Assembly (NCBI GenBank): GCA_951406725.2
Contig: OX597832.1
Location: forward strand, 15,314,001-15,378,000
Length of the DNA: 64,000 nt
Direction: 5' to 3'
DNA from: Octopus vulgaris
Taxonomy: Eukaryota
How positions within the stretch are numbered: position 1 is the stretch's first letter; each line of letters opens with the position of its first letter. The position numbers were made by a program, and so were the translations under genes. The notes below the pieces were generated by a model. That model made no database searches. It had not been told where the DNA came from and saw only the letters and a program-made list of their open reading frames with translations. Below, piece after piece: positions 40,298 through 52,950 of this stretch.

Positions 40298-40355
<58 letters not shown>

Positions 40356-40549
40356 GAGTGTATTTTTACCTTGTTAACAATTAACACGGAAAAAAAAAAT
40401 AAATAGTTACCAGGGCAGCAAAAATCTCACAAGTAAAGATGTTATAACTCCTTGTTTATAAAGGTACAAACTTCGTGTTTACGTTGAATATTTTGAATAA
40501 TATATAAATAAATAAATGGAGTTTAACGCAAGTGTAATAAAATATTTTT

Positions 40550-40635
40550 ACTTTCGACACATGTTTCGAAAATTCCACTGATACTATTCAAAAGAATAAA
40601 TGGTATAAACAATGCAATCTTCTCCTCAGGTAAGT
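40550..40635 (-). ncRNA. Type I hammerhead ribozyme motif
   Basis: Minus strand ACTTAC-CTGAGGA-GAAGATT...AATTTTC-GAAAC-ATGT-GTC^GAAAGT. Confidence 0.8.
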
Positions 40636-41530
40636 GAAAAAAGCGAAACTCGTCAATAAGAACTTTTAGCAAAAAATTATGGATTTGTATAGCGATATAC
40701 AGAACGCTATTAATATTGTTTAAAAAAAAAACGTTACATGATATAACGTCATAAGTAGCTAATAGAAAGAGTAGGGATACCAAAAAATATCTTGCAAATT
40801 ATTTCTTCACATAATAGCAAACTGTTAAATATTAATACATTTATTAATACTAACATTAATTCAGCTATTACCATCCAACCTTCTAGAAATATTAATAACA
40901 AGGTTATTGTATCTGAAGTCAATTCCAATAGAATTAAGTTTGTCAAGTAACTCTAAGATTAAAAATTCTATATACCAGTGTATAATCACTACTCGTAATA
41001 AAGTACGATTTTACATTGGAAGCACATCGTTAGAGTTATCTAAATGAATGTCTATCCATTACTCAACATTTAGGGATAGAAATAAACGTAATAGTACCGG
41101 TTTCAGCAAACTGATTTGGGATTTAAAAGACCACAATGAACAATTTCATTTAGAATGGTTGATTCTCTCAACTTCAAACCACATGACAAAGGCAAGAAAT
41201 TCTGTATTCTCTGCAATTCTGAGCTATTTTTCATTATTTTTTCTAAAATTACTCTAGTAAACACGGTTATAGAGCGAGCATAAAGATGTAAGCATTGGCA
41301 AAAACATACATTTACTGCATATAAGTAGTCTTTATCACTATATATAATTTAAACTTTAATTTCCTTTAAATTTAACATTCACTATTGGTATCCCTACTCT
41401 TTCTGTTAGCTACTTATGACGTTATATCATATAACTTTTTTTTTAAACAATATTAATAGCGTTCTGTCTATCGCTATACAATTACACTATTTTTTGCTAA
41501 AATGTCTTATTGAGGAGTTTCGCTTTTTTC

Positions 41531-41605
41531 ACCTTCCTGAGGAGGAGATTGCATTGTTTATACCATTTATTCTTTTGAAACACTTTCGAAACATGTGTCG
41601 AAAGT
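41531..41605 (+). ncRNA. Type I hammerhead ribozyme motif
   Basis: ACCTTC-CTGAGGA-GGAG...TTTC-GAAAC-ATGT-GTC^GAAAGT; stem II shortened by a deletion. Confidence 0.72.
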
Positions 41606-41635
41606 AAAAATATTTGATTACACCTGCGTTAAACT

Positions 41636-41707
<72 letters not shown>

Positions 41708-41762
41708 CAGAAATACTAAATTTCTAAATCTCTCGTAGAGACATGTACGGCGGTGGGACGAT

Positions 41763-41962
41763 AGAATGGTTGTATACAGTCAATCTAACACGAACGTGAC
41801 AGTAGTTTTTATTTACATTTATTTACAGTTATATAAATGCATATAAGGACACAGGAAAAATGTGTCAAAGCCATCAGGAGGCGTCGATACTTCCTAGGGC
41901 TAAACAGCGGTGGTGACCCCCCCTACTGTTACGTTCGTGTTAGATTGACAATACACAACCAT

Positions 41963-41965
<3 letters not shown>
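41763..41965. repeat. 43-bp inverted repeat enclosing a structured GC-richer segment
   Basis: AGAATGGTTGTATACAGTCAATCTAACACGAACGTGACAGTAG vs CTACTGTTACGTTCGTGTTAGATTGACAATACACAACCATTCT. Confidence 0.85.
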
Positions 41966-42009
<44 letters not shown>

Positions 42010-42921
42010 ACTAGATACGTCAAAAACATTTCTATGCTTTTTCCGAGCGTTAAACTAATACATCTGCAGGTTGTTCTCTCTTCGTCCATTGTTTGCAACA
42101 AATATGAACTTATCTTAGTATATATATTATATATACATGTATATGTGTGTAAATGTGTGTGTGTATGCATATGTAATATTTATGCATTCGAAGAAGCTCA
42201 CATGTACTATTGATACAGCTACTTCTTCAACAATTACTACTACAACCGCAACTCATGCTGCTGCGACTTCTACTACTACTACCACTACTACTAGTACTAG
42301 TACTACTATTACTACTACTAAAACACTAGCAATACTACTACTACTAATACTACTACAACCACTACTAATACTGTTTTTAGTGGCTAAAATATGTACGTTA
42401 GTACGTGTGTGTGTGTATGAGTATGTGTGTGATTGTGTGTGTATGTCCATGTGTGTGTGTGTGCCTGTGTCTGTGTGAGTAGCCGTATAGAATTGATTTT
42501 ACGTTATTTTACGCCATTGTCGCTGATGATATTGAAGCAAAACAAAGAGAGAACACGAAATAAATTCAATTGTAAAGCAAGCAAGGAAACATAAAGGAAA
42601 GAAATCTTAATGTCTACAAATCATGTGGTCCAACATTTTATTGGTAATATATTCAGGATTGCATTAAAGCATATCGAACATAAACGGAAATAATTCCACA
42701 GAAAATGGCCTCCAGGACCATAATTTAATGTGTGCTGTTCGTTACGCTTCAACGTTCTTTATTTGAAAGCATACAATTCTTCTCCAGTAATAATTTTACA
42801 AAATGTAACACATGGTAAATATATATATATATATATGTAAAACTATATGTGTGTGTATGTATGTTTGTATGTATCTATTTATGTATATGCATACATATAT
42901 TTATTTACTTTTTTATTGATG

Positions 42922-42955
<34 letters not shown>

Positions 42956-43032
42956 GTATATATTTATATGTTTATATATGTATATATATATATATATATT
43001 ATGTAATATATATAACATATATTATATATATG

Positions 43033-43116
<84 letters not shown>

Positions 43117-43752
43117 ACATACATATATATACATTTGTATATATACATAGTGATATCTACATGAAAGCAAACATACACGGACACACACACACTTATGGCC
43201 TGTGTATGTGTTTTTATGTATGCTTACGAGTGTGTGTATGTGAGGAGAATGTTTGAAAAAAATCAATTAAACTATTATTGAAAACTGCTAAAATCTTCCA
43301 GAGCTCTGAAAATTACTTTCTATGAATCTTAAAATCTTTACGCAGCGGCATTGTACTTTTTATTGTAGTTAAAATTGGTATCCTTTTCTTTTAAATTGTG
43401 ATTCAAGTATTTAGGTGTCAAGTATTTGCACTTATAATATAGTTACGCAACGATATTAATGCCAGGTATATTTTTGTTAGAATACTGTGGTCAATAATGT
43501 AGAACAGTTCTTATGAATGAATTCTATTGAAACATTGTAGGTTGTCATCGGTTGCATTCAGGGATGTGTCACGTATGGAAAGAAGCTGGTATAAAATTTC
43601 TGTTTAATTCGGATATATACGACGTCGAACCTGCGTGTAAACTGGTAAATTTGAAGTAGCACCAACATTCAATTCTGTCTTTCACACTTGTTTCTCTCTA
43701 TGTATCTATCTATCTAGACAGACAGACGACAGATATACAACCATACATCCAT

Positions 43753-43956
<204 letters not shown>

Positions 43957-45912
43957 ACAACTGTTTATTTTTATTGCTGGCTCTCTCAGTCTATCTCTCT
44001 TTGTGAGTGCATATGTGAGTGTATGTATGTGAGTACACATATTTATATGCATTGGATAACATGATATTATTTTATCCCGTTCTAACTGATTATTACTCAC
44101 TAATATATCGGTTTGATTATTCCTTAAACTGTTTCGAGTTTCTCTTTCTTAGAAATTTTAAGACAATTCACTGGATTACATGTATGAAACTTCACATCAT
44201 CGATGTAAAATACCAGGTACTGAAAAGTAGACCAAAGAAAACTTTCTTATATCCGAAAACCACTTCAGATTTCAGCTTTCACTTGCTTCTCTAAATGTTC
44301 ATCGCATTTGCTTCCTTTTTTTGTTTAAACTAAGTATTTATAGCTATTTCAATATGTTTATATGTTATAACGTGTCATATTATTTGAATATGAAAGCTTT
44401 AATTACAAATGGCTTTTCTTTCAGTTTCACTTAAATCATCTTGGGGCGGTATTTAATTCACATGACAATTCATTGAATGAGTTACTTCATCCCAGGCACA
44501 GTTGCCATAGCTTCTACAGTCATCGCTGATGCATAGACAGGATGAATTGATTGACTGAATTCATTAATTGCCCGATTACAAATGTCGAACCAACTGATTT
44601 AGGTAAAAGTCGAACCGACAATCTTTCTGAATAAACCATTAATCGGATAATTTTGAATTGTAGCAACAGGTACAAATATAATATATAAGTGAGACAGTAA
44701 AAATTTGCACCACATTTCTCAAGTATGAAATGTGACACATTTTGGTTATCTATTTTGCTAAAAAAAACACGGCTCCTTTCCCAAAGCAAGAATCGAAATA
44801 TCTGGTAATAGACGACAAACATATATGAATGCATACATCCGTACGTACGCACATGCATACACATGTATTTATGTGTGTGCATGTATGTTTATATATATAT
44901 ATACATATACGTGTGTGTGTTTGTACAAATATTCATACAAATATATAGGCATTCATATGTGTTAGTGGCTACAGAATTTGGTTTAAGCATATTCACTCAC
45001 ACACATATCCACACGCATACACATATAAACACGTCCCGCCCACATGCTCTTACATGCATACATACACAAATATACACACACACACACACATATATATATA
45101 TACATATATATATATATAGGTACGTGCAACAAGTATTTATCAGTGTGGAATATCTATCAACAAATATTCATTATTCATAGAACCTGACGGGCAGCAAATA
45201 GCTTCTATGTCGATGATTCTCCACTTTTATCAGATTGATATTCTCACAAAAATTGAATAACTTAGGTTGTTTATTTTATTCCTTTGTTAGAAAAACGGCA
45301 AGATAAAGTGAATTTATCAACTTCACTCCCAAATGCGCCTCGATTGAATTTCTAATTCTCAGCTGACTAATTGATTCTATGATATATAATTTACTTCTTG
45401 ATCCGACGACAAAACGGCAATACAGACCAGACTTCTAGTCGTGGAATGATGAAGTATTTGAATATAATTATAAATCTTACATATAAGGCATGTACTTACT
45501 ATATTTCAAGTAGAAATGCGAATATATGTTATATATTATTCCCAGTATATTACGTGGAAGTTATAGTGTTTATTTCTTTTTTAAGATTATAGACATGCAT
45601 CCTTTGACAATTACACACAGACATACATGCGCACGCCCGCGCGCACACACGCACACACACACACACTCTCGCACATACACAGGTGTATATGAGAATGTGC
45701 GCTTGTGTGTGTAACCAAATGTACATAATATATGTTTGTGTGTGAATATATACATGTGTGTGTTTTCGTACATGTGGATATGTATCTATAGATTTATGTT
45801 TATTCACGCGAAATGTCAACAAGAGCGCGAGTCCTTATGATATCTTGTGAATTTGATATTGAAGATAACGTTATAGATTCGTATATATGTACATTTAATG
45901 AAAGCAAATATA

Positions 45913-46235
45913 AAGACTCCGCCGGTTACGACGACGAGGGTCCCAGCTGATACGATGAACGGAACAGCTTGCTCGTGAAATTAACGTGCAAATGGCTGAG
46001 CATTCCACAGACACGTGTACCCTTAACGTAGTTCTCGGGGGGATTCAGCGTGACACAGAGAGTGACAAGGCTGACCCTTTGAAATACAAGTACAACTCAT
46101 TTTTGCCAGCTGAGTGGACTGGAGCAACGTGAAATAAAGTGTCTTGCTCAAGGACACAACGCGTCGCCGGGAATCGAACTCACAACCTTACGATCATGAG
46201 CCGAATGCCCTAACCACTAAGCCACGCGCCCTCAC
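45913..46235 (-). mobile_element. Young CORE-like tRNA SINE (family D) with 13-bp TSD
   Basis: TSD GAAAGCAAATATA at 45900-45912 and 46236-46248; A-box TGGCTTAGTGG, B-box GAGTTCGATTCC, GTGTCCTTGAGCAAGACACTT. Confidence 0.92.
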
Positions 46236-47231
46236 GAAAGCAAATATAGCGTCCGACAGATAGACATACTGCGTTTAGTTTTCTGAATATTTGATTTATA
46301 ATTATTGTCTAGAAGTAGCACTGATTTATGTTGAAATCATATGTACTTATGACTAATATTGATATATTGCTAGCCATTAATCTGTCAACAAGTGATGTAA
46401 AATCATATCAAAGAGGGATAAATTGAATGAATATCTGAGGGAGATAGAGAATAAGTGGATGAGTGAAACCAAAAGATATTGAGAAAATTGAGATCCAATG
46501 AGATTAAAATTATACAGCAACGATATATGAGGTTAGATATAAGATTAATATAGTGCATGATATAATATAAGATAAACATAGTGCATGCCATAATATAAGA
46601 TAAACATGATGCATACGATAAAAGAGAACGAGAGGAAATTTGAGAAGGTATGAGGCGGATCTAGAATGGTTATGTCTTATCCAGAGGAAGATTGAGAAGT
46701 TTTAATGTAGACAGAGAATGTTTATGTATGAGCACCAGATACAGGAGAAAGGATTTTCGGATATATAGAAGAGGTAGTAAATTACAGTAGCATATGCTAT
46801 AAGACATGTTTTGACGTATAGAACAGCAAAATTTTATGGACAACAATAAATTGATCGGTAATGTTTAAACAGCAGGGAACATGCATTAAGATACATAGGA
46901 AGGTAGGCTATAGGAGAAGAGGGTGAAATCATAGAAGACACTTGACGAAGGTGACACACCGTTGGACTGAACACGGAACGACATCGTTCAGTCCCATCGT
47001 GGCATGCTGAGTAGCAAAAACACACACAGACACGCATGCAAGCATACACTCACACACATGTACGGACGTCCTCACACACATATATATATATATATTACTA
47101 TATTTGCCTTTGTGGTTGTGTCATGTATAGATACATGTGTGTGTACGTTTGAAGTACATACATGCATATATTGTGTGTCAGATTTCATGGTTTGGCAATG
47201 GAGTCTATTTTATTTAATGCTAGTGTATGTA

Positions 47232-48345
47232 CAGTAGCGGCCATAATATAAGGGTCAGTAACAACAGAATTATTGAAATAGTTATTTTAGAAGACTAACA
47301 GCATGATAAGACAAGGTATTTTACGCATAGTTACATATGCGTAAAAATTTAAAGTGAATGTACTAAACATTCCGGACGTTATCACGAAATAAGCAAATAT
47401 TCCCCCTAAATGCAGCGATCAAAGGTTAAAGGTCACTTAGAAAAGATGAACTAGTAACCGAGGTATTTCTTGTGTAGATGACTGTTAATAGGCTAACAAT
47501 TCCTTCTTATGAATTAACATTATTGGAACATTCAACTGTGAACATGGCAGCGTGTGAGAGACGGCCGGTGTCCTGTAATGAAAAATAACGAATATTGTTC
47601 CTTCACCAATAGGGCGAGAACAATTCTGTATTAGCAACTAATGTACGGATGTCTAGACGTATTGTGTAACGAATTGAAGCTAGTTTTAATCGTCAGGATC
47701 GACAAATGATAAATGCAAAGCCGATGGACTTCGTCCAACTTCACAAAGAAACCTCTCATCTCCAAGAAGTACCAAAGGACCTGTCTTTGTTTCGCACATG
47801 ATCACGTCATGTGGACAGAAGAACGGCGGTCACAGGTTCAATTTAGCAATGAATCGGATTTTAATGTGTTTGGTTCCGATGGCGGGATGTACTTCCGATG
47901 AAGCGCCGAAGTGCATGTGTGAAAGAGACAGTGAAATAGGAAGGATGCAGTGAATGATATGGGAGGTGATCTCTGGTGCTTGTCCTACCCAGCTATTCGC
48001 CCACAAGGTTCTTACAATGCTGACATCTACAAGCAGATACTTAGTCGGCATGCCCTTCCACATCTCCGATCTTCTTCATTCCAACCACTTATCTTCCTAC
48101 AGGACAACATTCACTGTCACACTTTAAAGAGAGTCAAAAGTTACTTGTGTGATAAAGGAATTGATTTCATTGACTGGTCACCTCAAAGTTCCTATCTCAA
48201 ACCTATAGGAAACGTATGGAAGACTATTGGAGATGGGGCACGAAGGAAAATCCAAGGAATTAAGAATGGAACAATATTACTCCATCATTTTGCAAGAAAA
48301 TGATTCAGTCTTATGGTAACACATATCAGAAGGACATTGATAGTA
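47232..48345 (+). mobile_element. Decayed Tc1-like transposon
   Basis: Starts TA-CAGTAGCGGCC; KKPLISKK..WTEE..FSNESDFNVFGSDG; IFLQDNIHCH..IDWSPQSSYLKPIGNVW. Confidence 0.88.
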
Positions 48346-48503
48346 AAGGTTGCCTTTTTGTTCTTGTTCCATTTTTCATCGGTTTTCTAAGCTACCCTTA
48401 ACTTCCAGCCGTTCAAATTTGGAAGATTATGTTTTTATTTCCTTATAACTTACGATTTCTTCCATTCATTTGAAATTTTCACGAATGATAGATATAAGAT
48501 ACA

Positions 48504-48705
48504 TTCTTTTACTTGTTTCAGTCATATGACCGCGGCCATGCTGCTGCACCGATTTCAGTCGAACAAATCGACCCCAGGACTTATTCTTTGTAAGCCTAGT
48601 ACATAATCTATCGGTCTGTCTTGCAGAACTGCTAAGTTACAAGAACGTAAACACACTAACATCGGTTGTCAAAAGCGTTGGCAGGGGCATAAACACAGAC
48701 ACACA
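48504..48705 (-). mobile_element. SINE family A, 3' half
   Basis: TACTTGTTTCAGTCATATGACCGCGGCCATG...ATCGGTTGTC matches 28790-28980. Confidence 0.82.
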
Positions 48706-48724
48706 AGCATATTCTTGCATATAA

Positions 48725-48801
<77 letters not shown>

Positions 48802-51800
48802 TATATCTATACATATATATACGTATATATATATTATATATATGTAAATATATATATATATATACATATACATATTATAGATATATGTATGTATATATAT
48901 ACGAAGGTTTCAGATTTTATCTGAATATATGTATGTACGTATATGTTTATATATGTATGCATATATATATACATACACACAGATATATGTTTATGTATAT
49001 ATGCATGGTTATGCATAACCACATACAAAACACACTCACATTCGCACAAGCACAAATATATATATGTATATATCTATATTATAAGCGACAGATACAGTAA
49101 AAATATCAAAAGCTATTCATTACTCTCCGGGTTCTTTTTGAACGCCGATTATTGCGTTATTCGCTCTGAGTGTTATTTCATATCAACACTTGGTGCATAA
49201 AAGCACGAATACATATAACAGTGACCATCTACAGTCGCTTTTTATTGGCGTCAGAACTGTCAAATTAAGTGATTTCAACGTATTGCGTCGTTTCTGTTAG
49301 AGCTGTCCGCTTACAGTATACTATCCATATCTCACTGCTAGCAATATATGAATTTATAGTGACCAGCAGGCTATTCTAAAACTAATTATTAGCAACAGAT
49401 GCAGCATTAGTAATATAAATCCAATATCTACGTCCGAATTTATGTGAATGCTGTGTTCGGAAGTTGAATAGTGCAGTTTTTGCTGTGAAAGCTCCTATCA
49501 TATGAGTATCAGTTGCATAAATTCGCACATACATATCGTTAGCAGATGAAGATTGTCTGCTATGGGCTTGCATACTGCCAGTCAATGTAAATATAGATAT
49601 CGTTGGCAGTGAGACTTTCGTTGTATGCAGCGAGTGAACTGCTGTCACTGAAGATACACACATTGAAGATATATTTACTAAACAGTCACTAAAGGCTATT
49701 CACTGTTTCCTCTTTTTCTGATTCAATGAGTCTTTTGGAAATTAAACAGGATAATTTCATTGTCATATTTTATTCAGTTAGCTTTCATATTTCCCGAGAA
49801 AATAATTTTTAAAATTTCTGCAAATTTTAACATACAATTTTGCCTTAAGACCGGTGAAATTCTTGACATTTCTAATAGCGCCCTGTACAAAAACATAAAT
49901 TATATATAAATCGAGAAACTGCAGGAAACCACGTTAAGAAAAATATATTAACAGTAATGTCATTTGCAAAGAATTTCAGGCATTCTGCATTTACTTGCTA
50001 TCACAATAACCTAAAACTCTGATGTATACGAATTTATTTGCATAAAACATTTATTCACGTATAATAATTTCAAAATACAAAATGTACATTAATCATAACT
50101 ATGAAGATCATCCATCTTCAGGTGTTTTCCTAATATGATAATAATTATGTGAATTGTGATAACGGGATTAGTGTGTTTTAAACCTTCTGTAGAATAATTT
50201 TAACTCACTTCAGATAGCCTCTTCTGCAAAAATGCTATCCAGCTCTCATTGCTGATACATCAGTCTTCTGGTGTAATCCTAAGTTAATATTGAAAATATT
50301 TGATTTCTACCCACGTCTTCGATCTAGGTATGATATACACATTTCTTGGAGGACCATTGTAATTGCACGTATGTTCATTGCGGTAAATGCTCTTTTGTAA
50401 GATATAATGAGTTGTACAATCTTCCTGTTATCTTCTTCGTGGACAAAAATATAAAAGATTAGTTTGATACAAAAAAATTATCGGTGTAATGTGTGAATTA
50501 TATTTCTATATAAAAAACGACGAAACTAGATTTGTAATGATATCATCTGTGCCTGACAATAATTTTCACAATTTGTATTTTTGATAGTAGCTACAATAAT
50601 ACATTTCTATTGCAGAAAATCATAGACGATTGGAGAAGATCTAGACGATTACGCTATGTCTTTTGGGGCTTGAATATTTAAAATTTTCCATATGTTCAAA
50701 AGTATTGTTTTTGTAAAACGTCATTTGCAGACCGCTGGGTATGAAGTCTTTTTTCTAAGTATCTATGAAAAGTACATGTTTCTAGCAAGGAACATTTCCA
50801 TTCAAATATGAACAGCCAAGAAAAATCAAAACTTGTAAAAGGTTTTAGTAAACCAATTGAGGTTAGTTCGGTTTGTAATGTTTAGCTAGTCTACAGTAAG
50901 AAATTATCGATGTATTTTAAGCAAGATGACACATTTTAGGGCAATCGGCTAAACAATATCGTGGTATTTTGTATAGTGCAAAGATGCATGGAAACATATA
51001 TTCCTGCCAAATTTATTTATACTAGCCGCAATATATGGTCATTGCTTACTAAAACAAGAAAGAATACATTTATATTAACTTATAGAAAGATGAAATATTC
51101 CATGAAAAATATTACTTGTTTTCTTACATTACATTGGGTGCTTTATCCCGCGTACATGTTATATACTGTAATCTAAAGAAGCAAAAACTAATAACGAAAA
51201 AAAAATAAGTGCATTATTAGGAAAGAATTCCTTTTCACTAACTAGCCAATACATAAAAAATGGACTCGATAATTAATTTAGTTCTCATTTAAATTTTATC
51301 TTGTTTATTATTTAATAGGTTTCAGAATCTATCATTTTCGTTTTTTTATCAATTTTACTTTGAGTTCCTGCAATATCAATTAAATATCAATTTATATTTC
51401 TGATTTGACCAAATTTTGTATCTAAATTTTCCAATTTAAATTGCTCCGTTCTTTCAATTGGTTATTCACAAGTGAAATTTCATTAGCCGTCGCTGAAACT
51501 AGACATCATTAATCTGAGTTTTTTTAATACTTCTAATTTTATGATTTATATATATATATATATTTTTTTTAGTGATTTACTATATTTAGTGCCGTTGTCG
51601 TATCAATTCTTGAATTGTTAATCATGTTAAATCAGTCCCGAAGTTATTTAACATTTCTACTATTCTCACTTGAATTGTCATTTGGAACTATTTTAGTTCT
51701 TTCTTTTTAGTTCTCCATTTTTCTATTGTTTTCCTTTTAGATATACAGCAGCTTTAACGCAGCATTTTTGGCAATATGAAACAAATGAAATTACGCCAGA

Positions 51801-52302
51801 TTCTTCAAGTTTTCTAGGAAAACTTTACACAAGTATATTTAAAGATTCAGATATATTTCTTGCAGAACAAGACGCTCGCGAAAAGAGTTTTAGAATTATA
51901 TGATTGTGTTCGCTGAAACTTGTCAACATGAATTAAGCTCGGAATGTGTACTTCCTAGTATATTGATTAGTACTAACTTATATAAGAATATATCAGACTG
52001 TTAGTTAACGTAAAGTATTCTCAGAATCTAAGGAATCAACAGTCTTTTTGTAAAAACTTGCTTCACTTTACCTGAATCGAGAAGCTTTTAACCCAAGGGC
52101 CGTATTAGCACTACTCTGTAGATAGTAGATTAAAGCTTCGAAAATCGAACATATCGATCACGCAGAAATTAAATAAAGAATGGCTATTCGTTTTGCGTGG
52201 CATTTGACAATCAATCATATTCTAGAAGGACATGATATAGATATGTTTACAGTTGCTGAATGTCGCAAAATAAAAAGATATTCAAATGCAACAATATACG
52301 AT

Positions 52303-52478
52303 AGTCGCAGGAGTGGCTGTGTGGCAAGTAGGGTGCTTACCAACCACATGGTTCCCTGTTCAGTCCCACTGCGCGGCATTTTGGGAAAGTACCATCTACC
52401 CTATCTTCGGGTCGACCAAAGCCTTGTAAGTGGATATAGTAGATGGAAACTGAAATAAGCCCGTCGTTTATATGTATT

Positions 52479-52511
<33 letters not shown>

Positions 52512-52711
52512 ATGTGTGTGTATGCATGTTTGTAAGTCTGTGTTTGTCCTCGTACCAATGCTTGACAACCGACCCTGGTGTGTTTATGTCCCCGCCTCTT
52601 AGCGGTTCGGCAAAAGAGATCCGATAGAATAAGGCTTACATAGAATAAGTCTCGGAGTCGATTTTTTTTCGACTAAAGGCGGTGCTCTGGCATGGCTGAA
52701 ACAAATAAAAG
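52303..52711 (+). mobile_element. SINE family A
   Basis: GCAGGAGTGGCTGTGTGGCAAGTAG...GTTCAGTCCCACTGCG, internal TA/TG tract, GCTTGACAACCGA. Confidence 0.85.
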
Positions 52712-52805
52712 TGTATAAATATAATTAGTTGATACACACCTGTGTCGTTACATTTTAATAGCATTTTAGGGGAAATGTGTCATGCTCAACTATCTCCAGC
52801 TAGAT

Positions 52806-52950
52806 CCGCGGTCCCCAAACTTTTTGATTCCTCATCGACGCCCGGCATGTACAAGAAAATAAATAAATAATAAGTATATGTGTATTTATCGACTCCTTGA
52901 ATACTCCTATCAACACCAGGTGTCGATATAGACCACTTTGGAGAGCCCCG
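52806..52950. mobile_element. hAT (Charlie-type) MITE with 8-bp TSD
   Basis: Ends CCGCGGTCCCCAAAC / CTTTGGAGAGCCCCG; flanks AGCTAGAT (52798-52805) and AGTTAGAT (52951-52958). Confidence 0.7.

Larger units (their letters stand above)
37708..40300 (+). mobile_element. 5'-truncated Penelope-like element: RT C-terminal region, Asn-rich linker, GIY-YIG endonuclease, long 3' region/pLTR
   Basis: IIWLNIP..KNFPSSHRYHKII..VRISYSTLPN; CNC..CSPPGLC..IIYKCSI..YVGCS..FKKRFSNH..IWELK..WEL..CQLCSME (38714-39050); frameshifted; TA tracts at the ends. Confidence 0.88.
40516..41639 (+). mobile_element. Truncated PLE with GIY-YIG domain between inverted pseudo-LTRs
   Basis: 40516-40783 is the reverse complement of 41385-41639; inside KNILQIISSHNSKLL..IYQCIITTRNKVRFYIGST..FSKLIWDLK..EWLIL..FCILCNSE. 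Confidence 0.9.

Noticed and set aside
41045-41047. In-frame TGA in the GIY-YIG (possible selenocysteine as in some Naiad PLEs)
   Set aside because: It aligns with Arg of FKKRF in the other copy, so CGA>TGA decay is the simpler explanation
46150-46235. tRNA-like A/B boxes in SINE heads
   Set aside because: They continue into SINE bodies and lack a full cloverleaf; not tRNA genes
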